Shown here: in pieces, positions 22,981 to 34,600 of the stretch
How positions within the stretch are numbered: the first letter of the stretch is position 1
How the letters are laid out: each line of letters opens with the position of its first letter
Assembly (NCBI GenBank): GCA_000708835.1
Contig: DF237007.1
Coordinates: forward strand, 124,001-188,000
Direction: 5' to 3'
Length of the DNA: 64,000 bases
DNA from: Klebsormidium nitens
Taxonomy: Eukaryota; Plantae; Klebsormidiophyceae
Made by a program: the position numbers and the translations under genes
The notes under the pieces: generated by a model
Told to the model about the DNA's origin: nothing
The model's database searches: none
What the model saw: the letters and a program-made list of their open reading frames with translations, nothing else

Positions 22981-23865
22981 CTTTATCGCATATGAATACA
23001 GAACCTTGGTCAGTGGTGGGAAAGGACCGCCCAGTTGATGGCGTGACCAACATATTAGATGGCCGCCTTGCCAGCGCACAATCAGTAAGCTATGATCCTG
23101 CATATGTACCGATCATGCATGGTGTGCTTAGGTTCATTTGCACGAGTCAGCTCCGGCCCATGCATGAGGGTTGGCCTTGGATTGCAATGAGCCTATCCGG
23201 AAGCAGGCCCGCGCGCTAGCTCCGAGGATCCGAGCCTGTGACTCATTGCAGCTTTGTAAATCAAGAATTGAAGTCACTGCAATCTGACTCTGTATTAGAA
23301 CTCTTCAATTTTTAGTTGATACAATGTTCCGGGCAGTAATATACATCTGGTCGAGTTAAAGCCTGTCCAATGATGGGGCCATGTGGGTCAACGGGTTCCG
23401 ACACGTCATGAGCTCGCCAGCTTCATCTCAATTGACGGTCTGGCATGCGATTAACATACATGGACACATAGCAATCGTGTACATCCGGCCAAGCGTTATG
23501 GCCAAGACGGTCACATATGTTAGTCGGACACAAATACCTAAGTGATCGGTCATGGTGCGCACACAGACTTAGGTTCCGCGAACCGACTTGAATATCCGCA
23601 TTCGCATTCGCATATTCGGGATATGTTCGATGCAATTCGCAAACACAACCGCAATCTCTTTCTGGTTTTACCACCTGAACAGTTCGATCCAGTCCAATTA
23701 TCCTCTCGAGTGTCGCCGTCGACATGATCCTAAGACTGCCACCGTTTGCGTTGACCGGGTGCAGGCTCTACATTCATAACCCGGCACTCGCTGTTTTGAC
23801 GGTCAAGCTTCACAACCCAAGCTATGAGACTTATCGGGCTGCATTCAATTTCCAAAACAGCCCCT

Positions 23866-26800
23866 TCAGACGCTACCGGTCAGATATCCGCACAGAATAA
23901 AGTACTTCTTTCCCGTGACAAGCTGTCGAACGGGCTCGACCCACGTGTACTTGTTAGCACCGTTGAGGGCATAGTTGATGTACTGCGGTTTGCCCTTGGC
24001 AAAAGCGGCCAACAATGCAGCAGCCACCTCCGGGGTTTCGCTTTCCTGCATAATGAGTCGTCGGCAAAGTGTTTAAGGCCGAATCACTTCTGCCTAATCA
24101 AAACGGGATCCACATTAGGCCTTGTTGTTTGAACTAGACTGCCGACCGTTTTCACTCCGCACAAGAAGCACAGCTCTTGACCGATGAAGCGGATACTCCT
24201 GAGCTAGGAACAAGCTGTGCAAAGCACTGCGTGGTGCGAAGGCTCACAGCAGTACTGCAGGCTTGGAAACTAGCCGGCCAGACACAGACATGTTTTAAGT
24301 TGATTCACAATAGTGCGTCAGCCAGCCCATTACATAGTCGATGATAAGGACGAGGTTGACTGCAAGATCGGCGTTTGCAAGTCAACAGTTCTTGATTCGT
24401 TTCACGACTGATGATGAGAAAAGAGCAGCGTATAGAAAGCGGGCCTGGACGGACGGAAGCGCCTACCACTGGGGGTTTTCCGGCCTTTGCGAAGACGTCG
24501 CCGTGCGCCAAACAGCGGTAACCTGTTGCCGGGTCTGCTTCATAAACCTGGATGTAAAAGCCCCCGAGAGTCCTTCCGGGATAAACCTGTTTGTTGACGG
24601 CGTCGATCAACGGCTGAGCGTTCGGCGCGAAATGGAGGAGGCGGCCGAAGTTGCTGGCGAGAGTGTAGGCCACCACTGGCGTGCAGAAGGTGTACGTGTT
24701 GTAGAGGCACTGCTGAACCTCGGTGTAACCCTGCGGGCAACACACAACTGTGCGTTACTCTCCTTCAAAGTCAACTTTGTTCTTCAGCTGAGAAGGTCAC
24801 ATTCCGTACTGCGGAACTGCAGTCTCTTTCAAATACGACTTTGTCACTGAGCTTCGGAAGCGCGCGTCACGTTGCCCAGTGCACCAAAACGTCGTTGATG
24901 TGGCAACGGCCTCACGTTGTGAGAGAACACTTTGTCTGATCGCCGTTCGATCTCCGACTGATTCCAATCATCATAATGGATAACATTGTGTCTGATGCAT
25001 GCCAGGGTCAAACGGGGCCGCCGGAATATACAACGGTGCGCCAGGGCTTCGACAAGGATCAGACATGTCCGAAAGGTGTCTGAAACCTGTCCGAAGCCTG
25101 TCTGATGCGTTTGGACCTTCTGTGGACCGCCTTTGATGACTTTGGCTGACCAAAAAGCTTTGCAATCAAAGCGAGAAGTGGGCAAATACCTTCAGACATA
25201 CGCCTTTAGCAGTCAACCGTTTAGAAGCTAGCGCTCAACTGAGCTTGAGAAATTCCGGTTAAGGGTTCCAGAATTACTCCAAAGTTTTGGGGCTCGCGGG
25301 CTACTCACTGCGAACACGATATAACCCCCCGGCAAAGACGCCACGTAGTTTTTCTTCAGGCCGAGGTCCGCGGCCCCAAGGTTGATGTACTCGTAGGTGC
25401 CCCCCCCTCCAACCGCGGCTAAACTTTTGACCACTTGGACGTAGTTTGCGGAAGTAGGGTATCTGATGTCGTCATACTCGACTTGAAAAGGAGTGCCCAG
25501 CTCGGACGTGTTTACGAATGCAACCCCGATGGTGTTTGAATCCAGCACCGCAGGATAGAAGCCGTTGGAGATGTACTTCGGATCTTTTTGGTTGATTGCT
25601 TCGTATACCTGGAGAGAGGAAGAAAATAAGGCTGTAAGCCCTCCGGGATTGGATACTTGTCGAGATCCACAAAAAGGAGGCTGAAGAACTTAGAGAGAGC
25701 TTGCACAGATGACAATTCGAACACGAGTTGACTGCTGCCACCAGAATAATGCTCAATGCGCCCACTCTTCGCAGCTGTGTTCTTGAATTGCTGACACTTA
25801 TAGTCATGCTGAACACGAGCTGGTTGGAAGATAGGCAGCAGCTGTTTCAATGAAGAAAACGGCAAAGAAATGAGCAGCTTGGAAGGTGTCTTTCCGTACC
25901 TTTCTCGGGTCGCTTGCAGCTTTCACGTCAGCAATCACTCTGTCGACCAGATTGCGCATGGTGGCATACTCGCAGCCGGTTTCCTTGGTCTTGGGACTCG
26001 TGCTGCAAGTGGGCACTGAGAAAGACCCATCCTGCACAGCATCATGTATCTTAGCTTCGTGACAAATGTCCACTTTCAATTGGCGCCAGGCCTTGACATG
26101 TGAGTCCGACTCGAGTCCGACCTGAAGATCAATCTGGCTTCCTTATCATGCAAGCAGCCGAACACCTTGAATATCAGCGGTAAGAAACGGCTCTCTCTTC
26201 CGCTTAGGTGGGCGATCATTTTCAAATGCAGACAGGCACGTGGCCCCCGCACGCTTGCGGCCGAGTTGAGAAAAGCAAGATTGGCAGAGCACAAATCTAT
26301 CGAGCAAGCTCGTGGCTCAATCTCGAAACGAGGACGTTCCTAAGGACGACACGTTCTGAGCAGGAAGCAATGCAGCATAATTCGCGGAACCTATTCCCAT
26401 GCACAAAGCTCATGTCGAAAAAGAAGTGGCTCGTACCGGCAGTTGAAGCGGTGCTTGGGAAGTCAAGTAGCCTGACAAGACGAAGAACTTCCTGCCCGTA
26501 ACGATTTGCTCAACGGGCTGGAGCCACGAGTACTTGACGCGGCCATTCGTAACATAGCTGATGTACTGAGGTATCCCTTGGTTGAACGCATTCGTCAGCA
26601 CGGCAGCCACGTCTGGTGTCTCGCTTTGCTGCGACAAAACGACCTAGGGTCAGCTCAAACGCAGGCCCGAAACTGAAGACGTGGCCCTAAAATGCAACAG
26701 CAGCCTTGCAAGAGCACCACAGAGCGATAGCGAGCTTCCTTCCCATCGGTCGTTTTGCGCCTTATTGTAAGTTTTGCTGACATGCATGTGTTTGCGTATT

Positions 26801-28590
26801 ATCAACGGCTGATGCTCTGTTCTAAGAGCCTCGGCCCACCACATCGACTTCTAGCTAGCGATGTGAATTGGGCCTTGATTCTGCCTGATCTGAATTCCGA
26901 CACATGGTTTGGTGCTTTGAGTCGGAAAGGGGTACAAGGTTTGCAAACGACTCAGGAAGCCAAACCCACTGGCGCCTCGAGTTTCCAAAAAGGCGACAAG
27001 AGAAGTCGGAGCAGGAAAAGGTCCCACCTGAGGGGTTGAGCCAGCTTTTGCGAAGTCGGCCCCGTTTGCCAGACATACATATCCGGTTGCAGGGTTTGCG
27101 TCATACACTTGAACATAGAAGCCCCCAGGGAAGACCCCTGGGAAGACTTGCTTGTTGACGGCATCGATCAATGGCTGGGGGTCTGGCTCAAATGTCAAAG
27201 TGTTGGCAAAACTGGTCCCTAGTGTGTAGGCCGCTACCGGGCTGCAGAATGTATAAGTGGCGTACAGGCACTCCGCGACCTCAGTGTACCCCTGAAAAAG
27301 CAAGAAAGAATGAGCTTAATCAATGGTTGAATACTTTTCGCACATTAGCAATACTGCTTCACTGCAGAGATGAAACGTGTTTTTGGTGTAGTGAGACTTG
27401 GGAATGCATTCGTGGACTAGAACTGCCCACTTGAATAAGCAGTGGCTTCTTCTGTTGAGCTTGTTCAGAGAAGCAGCTTCAAGCGTGGGTAATCGGTATC
27501 GAAGCATCCCCCCAAAGTACTGCTGATTAGGCACTTGTCTCGTTAGCCAGTCAGACCTTCAAACCGTGGGCACCAAATGCGTCTAGGTTGAGATTCGAGA
27601 CTAACAAGAATAAAGTAAACTTACGGCTCCCACAACAAATCCATTTGGAAGGCCTGCAATGTAGCCCTTCTTCAGACCTAGGCCCCGTGCGCCAGTGAAA
27701 AGATATTCAGTGGTCCCTCCGCCAGCTGCCGCTAGTGCCTGGTAAGTCTGAAAAAAGTTGGGGTATATCGGGATGCCGATGTCATTGTTTGCCTCAGCCT
27801 GGTACTTCCCAACACTGGAGACATTGTTGTGCGCAACGCGCCGGCCCACGTTGTCATACACGAACGCGTAGAATCCCTGGAAGTTGTACCGGGGGTTGCG
27901 GGCGTTGATTGCGGCATAGACCTGCAGAGGCAATGCTACTGTATATGAATTCATGCAAATGGATAGCAAGAAAACCTCACAGCTGATAGAGACTGGCTGG
28001 ACTCAAGTGTATCAAGATTACACCCTTACTCCCATTAGGCGTGCACCCTGCTGCCCAGATTGATCATTGTTCTATCTGACAGTTGTGAGCTACTTCCCGT
28101 TTACTATTCATGCTCTTATAAGCAAGCAAGCCCACATTCGAAAGGACCTGCAGGCCCTTAGCAACAACTGTAAAACAGACAGGCAGGTTCTCAGGACACC
28201 ACAGCTCTTGGATCTTGGTGAAGCGCTCCGGTGCCTTGTCAACAAACTAGAAGCGAACTATCAGTCAACTGCGTCTAGTGGTAGCACCCGCCTGGATAAC
28301 ATAGCAAGTATCTCAATCCATCCATGACATGCAATGCACCACTGCCACTCTCGCATTAGAGCTATCAAGACTTAAACAAGCAAAGACCCGTTGCTCAAGG
28401 TTGGGCTTCCAAGAAGAAGGTGAAGTGGACTTCGAGCGCGGGTCTTTACATCTTCAGGGTCGCTTGCTGCCGCAACGTCTTCAATCACGTTGAGCACCAG
28501 GTCCCGGCTGATTGCCAGCTCACAGCCAGTCTCCTTGGCTGGGTCGTTCACACAGTTGGTGATGGATTGCGGCTGGGACTGGCAAAGCGG
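23866..28590 (-). CDS. Protein with four tandem Cache-like (sCache_2-type) sensor domains, built as two 4-exon repeats; exons complement(join(23866..24045,24467..24730,25309..25608,25900..26031,26437..26628,27028..27291,27625..27921,28450..28590)); first exon unresolved (~28.7-28.95 kb)
   Basis: All introns are phase 0 and GT-AG, with matching exon sizes between the two repeats (141/132, 297/300, 264/264, 192/180). Motifs VYAAIN...GFYAFVYDNVGRRVAH...VG...ALAAAGGGTTEY...KKGYI...FVVGAGY and GGFYIQVYE...CLAHG match the bacterial single-Cache pattern (YVFVxDxxGxxLAHG...GxGWVxY...KxSYV...IVGxGxY). Confidence 0.75.
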
Positions 28591-29081
28591 CTGCAAATGA
28601 ACAAAAATACTGTTGCCTTCCGCGGGTGTTTCCTATATAAGGGGTGGATTTGAAAGAAAGTGAGCACATACACACAGGCTCACACAAGTTAAAGCAATAG
28701 ATGCAGCCAGCTAGCACACCAGGAAAGGCTGTAGAGGTGAACAACTTGGCCCCAAATTTAATCACATGCCCTAGACCATGTCTTCTCTGATGCATCTACT
28801 TATTGGTAGCCCTTTAAAGAGCTACTTTCCGGTGGCATTGAAGGTGACATGACATGGTCTTTGTGGAACCTCAGTGTAGCGTGGCAGCGTGCCCTTAATG
28901 CAGGCTGTAGCAGATGGGCATGCATCGATCCAGAAGCTGGTCTTAGTCCCCGGTGCCATGATATGATGACAACTCCTTGCTAGGGAAAGGTGCTTATGCG
29001 CGTTGCCGTTGCATTAGCGCGCCACAGCATTGCAGCAAAACGTAGCAAGAAATGCAAATCACAAAGAGAACAGCGTAGATA

Positions 29082-29163
29082 TGTTAGAAGTATTTGCGCA
29101 CTGCCACTCGGGCCACACTGGCGCCAGTGTGGCCCGAGTGGCAGTGCGCAAATACTTCTAACA
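29082..29163. repeat. Perfect 82-bp palindrome (41-bp arms, no spacer)
   Basis: tgttagaagtatttgcgcactgccactcgggccacactggc|gccagtgtggcccgagtggcagtgcgcaaatacttctaaca; the arms are exact reverse complements. Confidence 0.98.
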
Positions 29164-29167
29164 AAAA

Positions 29168-29215
29168 TGCGGTGACCGGACTGGGTTCGATTCCCAGCGA
29201 GAACGCGAAGTTTTG
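29168..29215 (+). other. tRNA-like 3' fragment (T-arm/B-box) followed by a TTTT run; not a complete tRNA
   Basis: ctggg-ttcgatt-cccag is a T-stem-loop containing the B-box GGTTCGATTCC, followed by cgagaac and gaagtttt. I found no complementary 5' acceptor strand or A-box upstream. Confidence 0.45.
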
Positions 29216-29708
29216 CGGATAATTACAGTGCAGATTGAATCACACAGCTGCTAAAATGAGCTCAGCAGCAAATGCTTACCAGCTGTAGACAAGCAACGGC
29301 CCCCACAAGCAGTACTAGAAGGTAGCTCAGCTGCTTCTTCTCCATGGCGCCCACTTTTAATAACGTCAGGGAATTCGAAAACCCAAGAATGACTTTGGCT
29401 TCAGTTCAAAATATACGACTCTTTCGCCCTAGTGAAGTTCTCAGGAATTAGGTACCGGTAGGTAGCGCAGAGCGGTACTGGGTGAATGATCCAAAACCTG
29501 CAACTGTGTCGAATTGACTGCACAGTGTGCACTTTGCACTCCTGATCGAGGCTGTGTTCAAGTGCGGCAGGAGTCAGTGGACCAGTGCAGGCGGGCAATG
29601 CAGCTACCTACGTCCTAGTTAGCTGGCACGGTACAGCAGGCTGGCGCAGCACTGGTCTACAGACTAGGGTCCTACCGTATGTAGGTACCTACGTAGGTAC
29701 GTATAGCC

Positions 29709-30113
29709 CAGGGTCACCGCCGACCGGATGATATCTTTTCAAATTTTGAATGATATCATTATTGCTAATTTTGCCTTTTCAAAACCAATGATATATAAAT
29801 GATACCAGACACGTCACTCAGCCGCTAACAGCCAGTCTATAAGGGGTATATGCACTGAATTTGTGTGCTGATACTTGTTGTGTCACTATTCGACGTCTCG
29901 AAAGCATCTCCACAAAGTTTACCCGACCGTATAGTCGAACATCGAAAGTTGGGTCCAACAAAATGTTTATATTCAGGTTGGAGACGGAGAAAACCCCTAA
30001 ACCCTCATATCATTTTCTAACAATAAAAAAAACCGATTTTTTGCGATGATATCATAATTGCTAATTTGGAGCTTTTCAAATCGATTGCTATCATTCATCA
30101 TCCGGTGACCCTG
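29709..30113. mobile_element. ~405-bp non-autonomous MITE, hAT-like
   Basis: Terminal inverted repeats CAGGGTCACCG...CGGTGACCCTG (11 bp perfect, 17 bp allowing a 7-nt insertion). The interior is AT-rich, with repeated ATGATATCAT motifs and a ~33-bp subterminal direct repeat (atgatatcat(t/a)attgctaattt). A possible degenerate 8-bp TSD is gtatagcc / gta[ctacta]tagcc. Confidence 0.7.
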
Positions 30114-31667
30114 GTACTACTATAGCCTATCATACCGTAGGTCTGTACCACCATAGAGGGGTACCGTACGTGCCGAAGAGGCTCAGTGTACACACGGGCT
30201 CTGCCAATCACAGTGTACACACGGGCCACGGCCGCATACCGATACCGTACCGGAGACAGCTGACTCCTGTGGATTTGAATTAATTTGGTCCGACGATACC
30301 GGTAGCCTACGTAAAGGTTTTGACCGGTAGCTACTGCCAATAGGCGTCGGACTCCGCCCTGAAGCAGCTGGCAGCGGAATCTGGTCCCGGCCGGAACTCA
30401 GCAGCGCGCAGACAGTATCATTGGCATGTGTCTGGTTCGTTTACTAGTCAGTATAATAGGACGGATATGTGCCGGCCGATTATAACCCATTTTACTTGAA
30501 GCATTGGCCTTGGAAGACCTCAACACTGATCGACGAGCTCGGATCCATTCAGTCGAAGAAGACTCCTCCAAAGTTGCAAAATCGAACCCCGTCGTCTAAT
30601 ACCTCCAGATGAAAGAAGTTTGAGAGAGTTGAGACGATGTTTCACCGTTCAAGTAGCGACGACGGCTTTCTCGGTTCAGCTTCAACCGGTTCTTGCCACA
30701 TTTCAGGCGTTGATGCTTTGGTGTAGACGGCGGCGTTGCACCGCATCACTTGCAATATGTGGCCGTGCAGGGAGCGACTGAGTTTAAGTCATATGATAGT
30801 AGCCGATCGAAATGCCAGAGATACACTCAGTACGTTAGACGTCACGAAACTTAAGCCGATCCATCGCAGTCAATGCTTACTCCGAACTGTACGTGCGTAT
30901 GCAGATCCAAGATGGTCGGCTTATTGGTTCATTCGCCACCGGCCATGCAACAAATGATCAAGATAAGAGCGCCTTTGAAAACATCGAAGATCTCTGTCTT
31001 CGCTGCAGATAGTTACACACGACTTTCCCTGCCCGACCATTCGAAAGCCAACGAGGAATATTCAACAACGACATCTCGACTCTTACACTACACCATAGTA
31101 GTAGGCTTCGCTCGGCAAAGTCAAGGCGGAAGCACGACGAAGCAACGCGCAAGGCTTTGGAACATTGATACACCAGACTTGCGCCTCGGAGCGCAACTGG
31201 CTTAGGGTATTACTTCGTAAACCCTTCCGCTGCGTATCCGCACTAAGGCTACGTAACGGTGCCCGGCAGATTACTCTGTATGCGAAGCTTCCATGGTGTA
31301 GCAGGGCGGCGCGCTGCTTACTTGGCCAACAGCTTAGTATCTAGGTCTCCTCTTATCAGGTGCACACTGATGCTTTCGATATTTTATGCTTTCGATATTA
31401 ATCAATGAATAACCAATGCTTTCGAAGTTGATCTTCCTTGTTCGAGAACGCTCGCCGGGCAGACCGCCTGTGAAAGGTGGTTTCGTGAGACTTTTTGCAG
31501 AACAACATATGATGTGACTCGCGTAGCCGCGCCGCCGCTTAAAGTGCGCCGGCCAAGCGATGATGACTCCCAATCAGTACTCACGGGCTCCGTGTTGAGA
31601 TCAGTCCTGAGGCACCCTTGCTGGGAGTGAAACCTTTGCAAGGCCCGGTCTTAAATTTAAGCTCTAT

Positions 31668-34600
31668 CTACAGAAATATCGTCTCAGGATCTGCAAGGCT
31701 GGTGTTACTCTCCTCTGAGAACAGCTCATTGTCCGCCACGCTGTCGAAGCTCGGCAGGAGCACCGCGGCCGGCGTCGACCACCGCGCCCTTTGCCGCCTC
31801 GCGGCCGCGGGCGACTGCCGCGCGCCCTCAAACCCCAAAAGCCGCGCGCCCGCGACGCTCTGGGGCCGCTTGCTGTGGAAACTTTCTCCCGCTCTAGTTC
31901 TCGGCGGCTCGCTCCTAGCAACGGACGGTGATCTTGACGTCCCGGTCTGCGCTCGGGAGGATCCGGTTGCCCCGACAGAAGCTGGCGTCACCCTGCCCGT
32001 TCCAATCCCTGATGCGACGTCATCGACGAATTTCTTACCCTCGTTCCGCTGATGGACGCCGCCGGGGACGGATCCGCTCCCCACGTCATTCTGCTCGTGC
32101 GCGAGCGGGTTGCTGAACGCGCGCCACTCCGCCGGGCTCGGCAGCTTTTCCGGCGCCGGCACGGGCCTCACTCGGGGCGGCGAGTACAGATTCCGCGGCG
32201 GACTGAGCGGGCGCTCCCCTCCAAACGGATCCCCAACTCTTATCCTCCGGGCACTCGTTCTCCGCACAGCATACTCGGGGCTTCCCACCGACTGCGGCGA
32301 GAAGCTCGCGTGTCTAGTGGGGCCCAGCGACCGGGGCTTCCTCCCGGCCGGGCTGCTGAAGGACCAGCCGCGCCGGCGCGGGGTTTGGAGGGTTGGCGTG
32401 GTCGCGGCCGCGGCCGCGCTCGCGTCGTCTTCCCCGGGGTCGGACGTGTAACACTCGACGGCGGTGCGCAGGCGGTGGGAGGTGTCTTCGACGGCGGCGG
32501 TGTAAGCGGCCCACGCCTGGAAGTGGTCCGTCACGAGGCGCGTCCCGCGGTGGCGCCCCGCGCGCGCGTGAGCGGCGCGCTTGCGCTTCCTGCAGTGGGG
32601 AATACCGGTTTAAACACAGAAATTGAATGTCAACAAGGCACTGTTCTGCTACAATGTTGTGGCTGCATATCAAGCTGTGGCTTGGTTGCACGGTTTTGTT
32701 TTCCTGAGAGACTTACCCTAGCCTGTTCCGAGCATCACGCGCTCAGAATCATGACCCGCAAGAGTCTATGTCGATGAATGCAGGACGAGGGGGCCTCGAG
32801 TCTTTGAATCGTTTCAACTTTTATCTGAAGGAGGCAAATCATGTTGAACCCTTGATCAGTCGACGCCAGTGAGTACCCACGTGTCAGACGTCCTACGTCA
32901 AACCCTGATCACCACGAGTGTGAGACGTAACACACAAAGTGAAGTGTAGAGTGCATCCAAGATGCACGTCTATTCCACAAAAAACTTAACCCGCCTACCT
33001 TTCAATGGTTCGGTCCCTCCAGCCCTTGACAGCCGCCACCGCGCGCGTCCGTTGCTCCCCCGCATCCAGCATCGCCCAGCAGCGCGCGAGCGCGCCCCTC
33101 CGCTCCTCGCACAAAGCCATAAACCCTTTCCACCGCTGCATGCTCCGCCAGAGTTGGTTCGCGGCCGCAAACGCGCGCGCCGCGCCCTCGGTCTCTTTCT
33201 GCTGGGCGATGACCTGGCGCCAGAGCTGCCACGTGGCGGCCTTGGACTGGCGAAGGCGGCGCGCGGAGAAGGCCGCGACGCGCGCGGAGCGTTCTTTGTG
33301 CGCGCGCCACGTGGCGAAGACGGCGTGGCAGAGGGCCATCTGGCGCCTCCTTGCGCTGCAGAGGTGAAATTAAGGACATTGATGCACGTGTCCAAACAGT
33401 CATGATGCTCCCACAAGTTGTTAAAACTTGTCACAATTTTTTTTGCAGCTTCATGCTACAAGGCATGACTCTCACATCCGCATTTGTATCGCAGTGGAGT
33501 TTTGCGGTAATGTGGGGGATGAGTGCAGTTTCAAAGCATCAGTCGAAGTGCAAATCTTGCTGTCCACATGTTCCATCACTTCTGCCGAACGTCGACCTTC
33601 AACTTTGCCGGTTTCCTGCTTTTTGATTCTCAACACTAATTGCTTGAAGCGGGCTACCCCCAACAAACGTGTCATCAAAGACAATTCTGAAGCAAGTAAC
33701 ACTCATAGAAGGTCAGTGTCAGAGCCCCGACCTTTTTTCGGCGACCACGTACGCCTCCCGGAGCGCGAGCTGTCGCCGGTGGTGCTCCTCCCGCGTCACC
33801 GCCATTTCGTGCGCGAGCTGCTGCCACGCCCACATCATGCGCTGCACGCGCGTCGACGTGATGACGGACGCCACGTCAGCCGCGCGCGCGCGCCAGTAGG
33901 CCTTCTCCGCATGGCGCGCTCGCCAGGCCTGGTTAAACGGGAGAGAATGCAGTGTCGAGATTGAGTTACACGATGAGAATTCAAAACCCCGTTCACCAAT
34001 CTGTGCCTCTAAACGGGACTCCAGATTCAGCTTCCATATAAACGGGGTCTTTGGTATTCCAGCTTTTTTGTAAAAGGCTCGCGGCCTCTTCGTCAGTTGG
34101 TCACTCGAAGTAACCCAGTATTGCAGACCGGATTTTCTGATATCACACCCAACCTCGAATCCATGCTACTGCCCCAAGCGTTCCTTTCTGACGGGTCTCT
34201 TTTAGCTTTGCCTCTTGAGATCCAAAGGCCTCAAACGTCCTTGTATCTTATCATCTGAACCGTTGATCTCAATCATAAAGCTAAGAAATAACTAGAGTGG
34301 GGTCACCCACCAGCAGAGTCCTTCGGAGGATTCCGACTCGGTGGTGCCGCATCGCCGTCGCGGCGTGCTTCCAGTCAGCGTAGCATTGCGCCACGTGGCG
34401 CCGGAGGTTGCTCGCGGCGAGCTCCTTCTCCAGCGCCAAAAGGTGCTTCCTGCACATGATGTCAGCGGGACGTCAGCATATGGCTACATCTGGTACGACA
34501 AGAAGGAGCGTGAGAGTGGTTTTTCTCCGCAGGCTAATGTTTTACTCTCCTACCGGGGTTTGTGCCAGCAAGCAGACAGGATATTATCAAGTAAAATGTC

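Noticed and set aside
23423-23725. 100-aa Cys/His-containing ORF as an extra Cache-gene exon or zinc finger
   Set aside because: It lies beyond the in-frame stop at 23866, has no clear phase-compatible acceptor, and the Cys/His spacing matches no family I recognise.
29168-29215. Complete tRNA gene
   Set aside because: Only the T-arm and 3' acceptor strand are present; there is no GTTCTCG-like 5' strand, D-arm or anticodon arm upstream.
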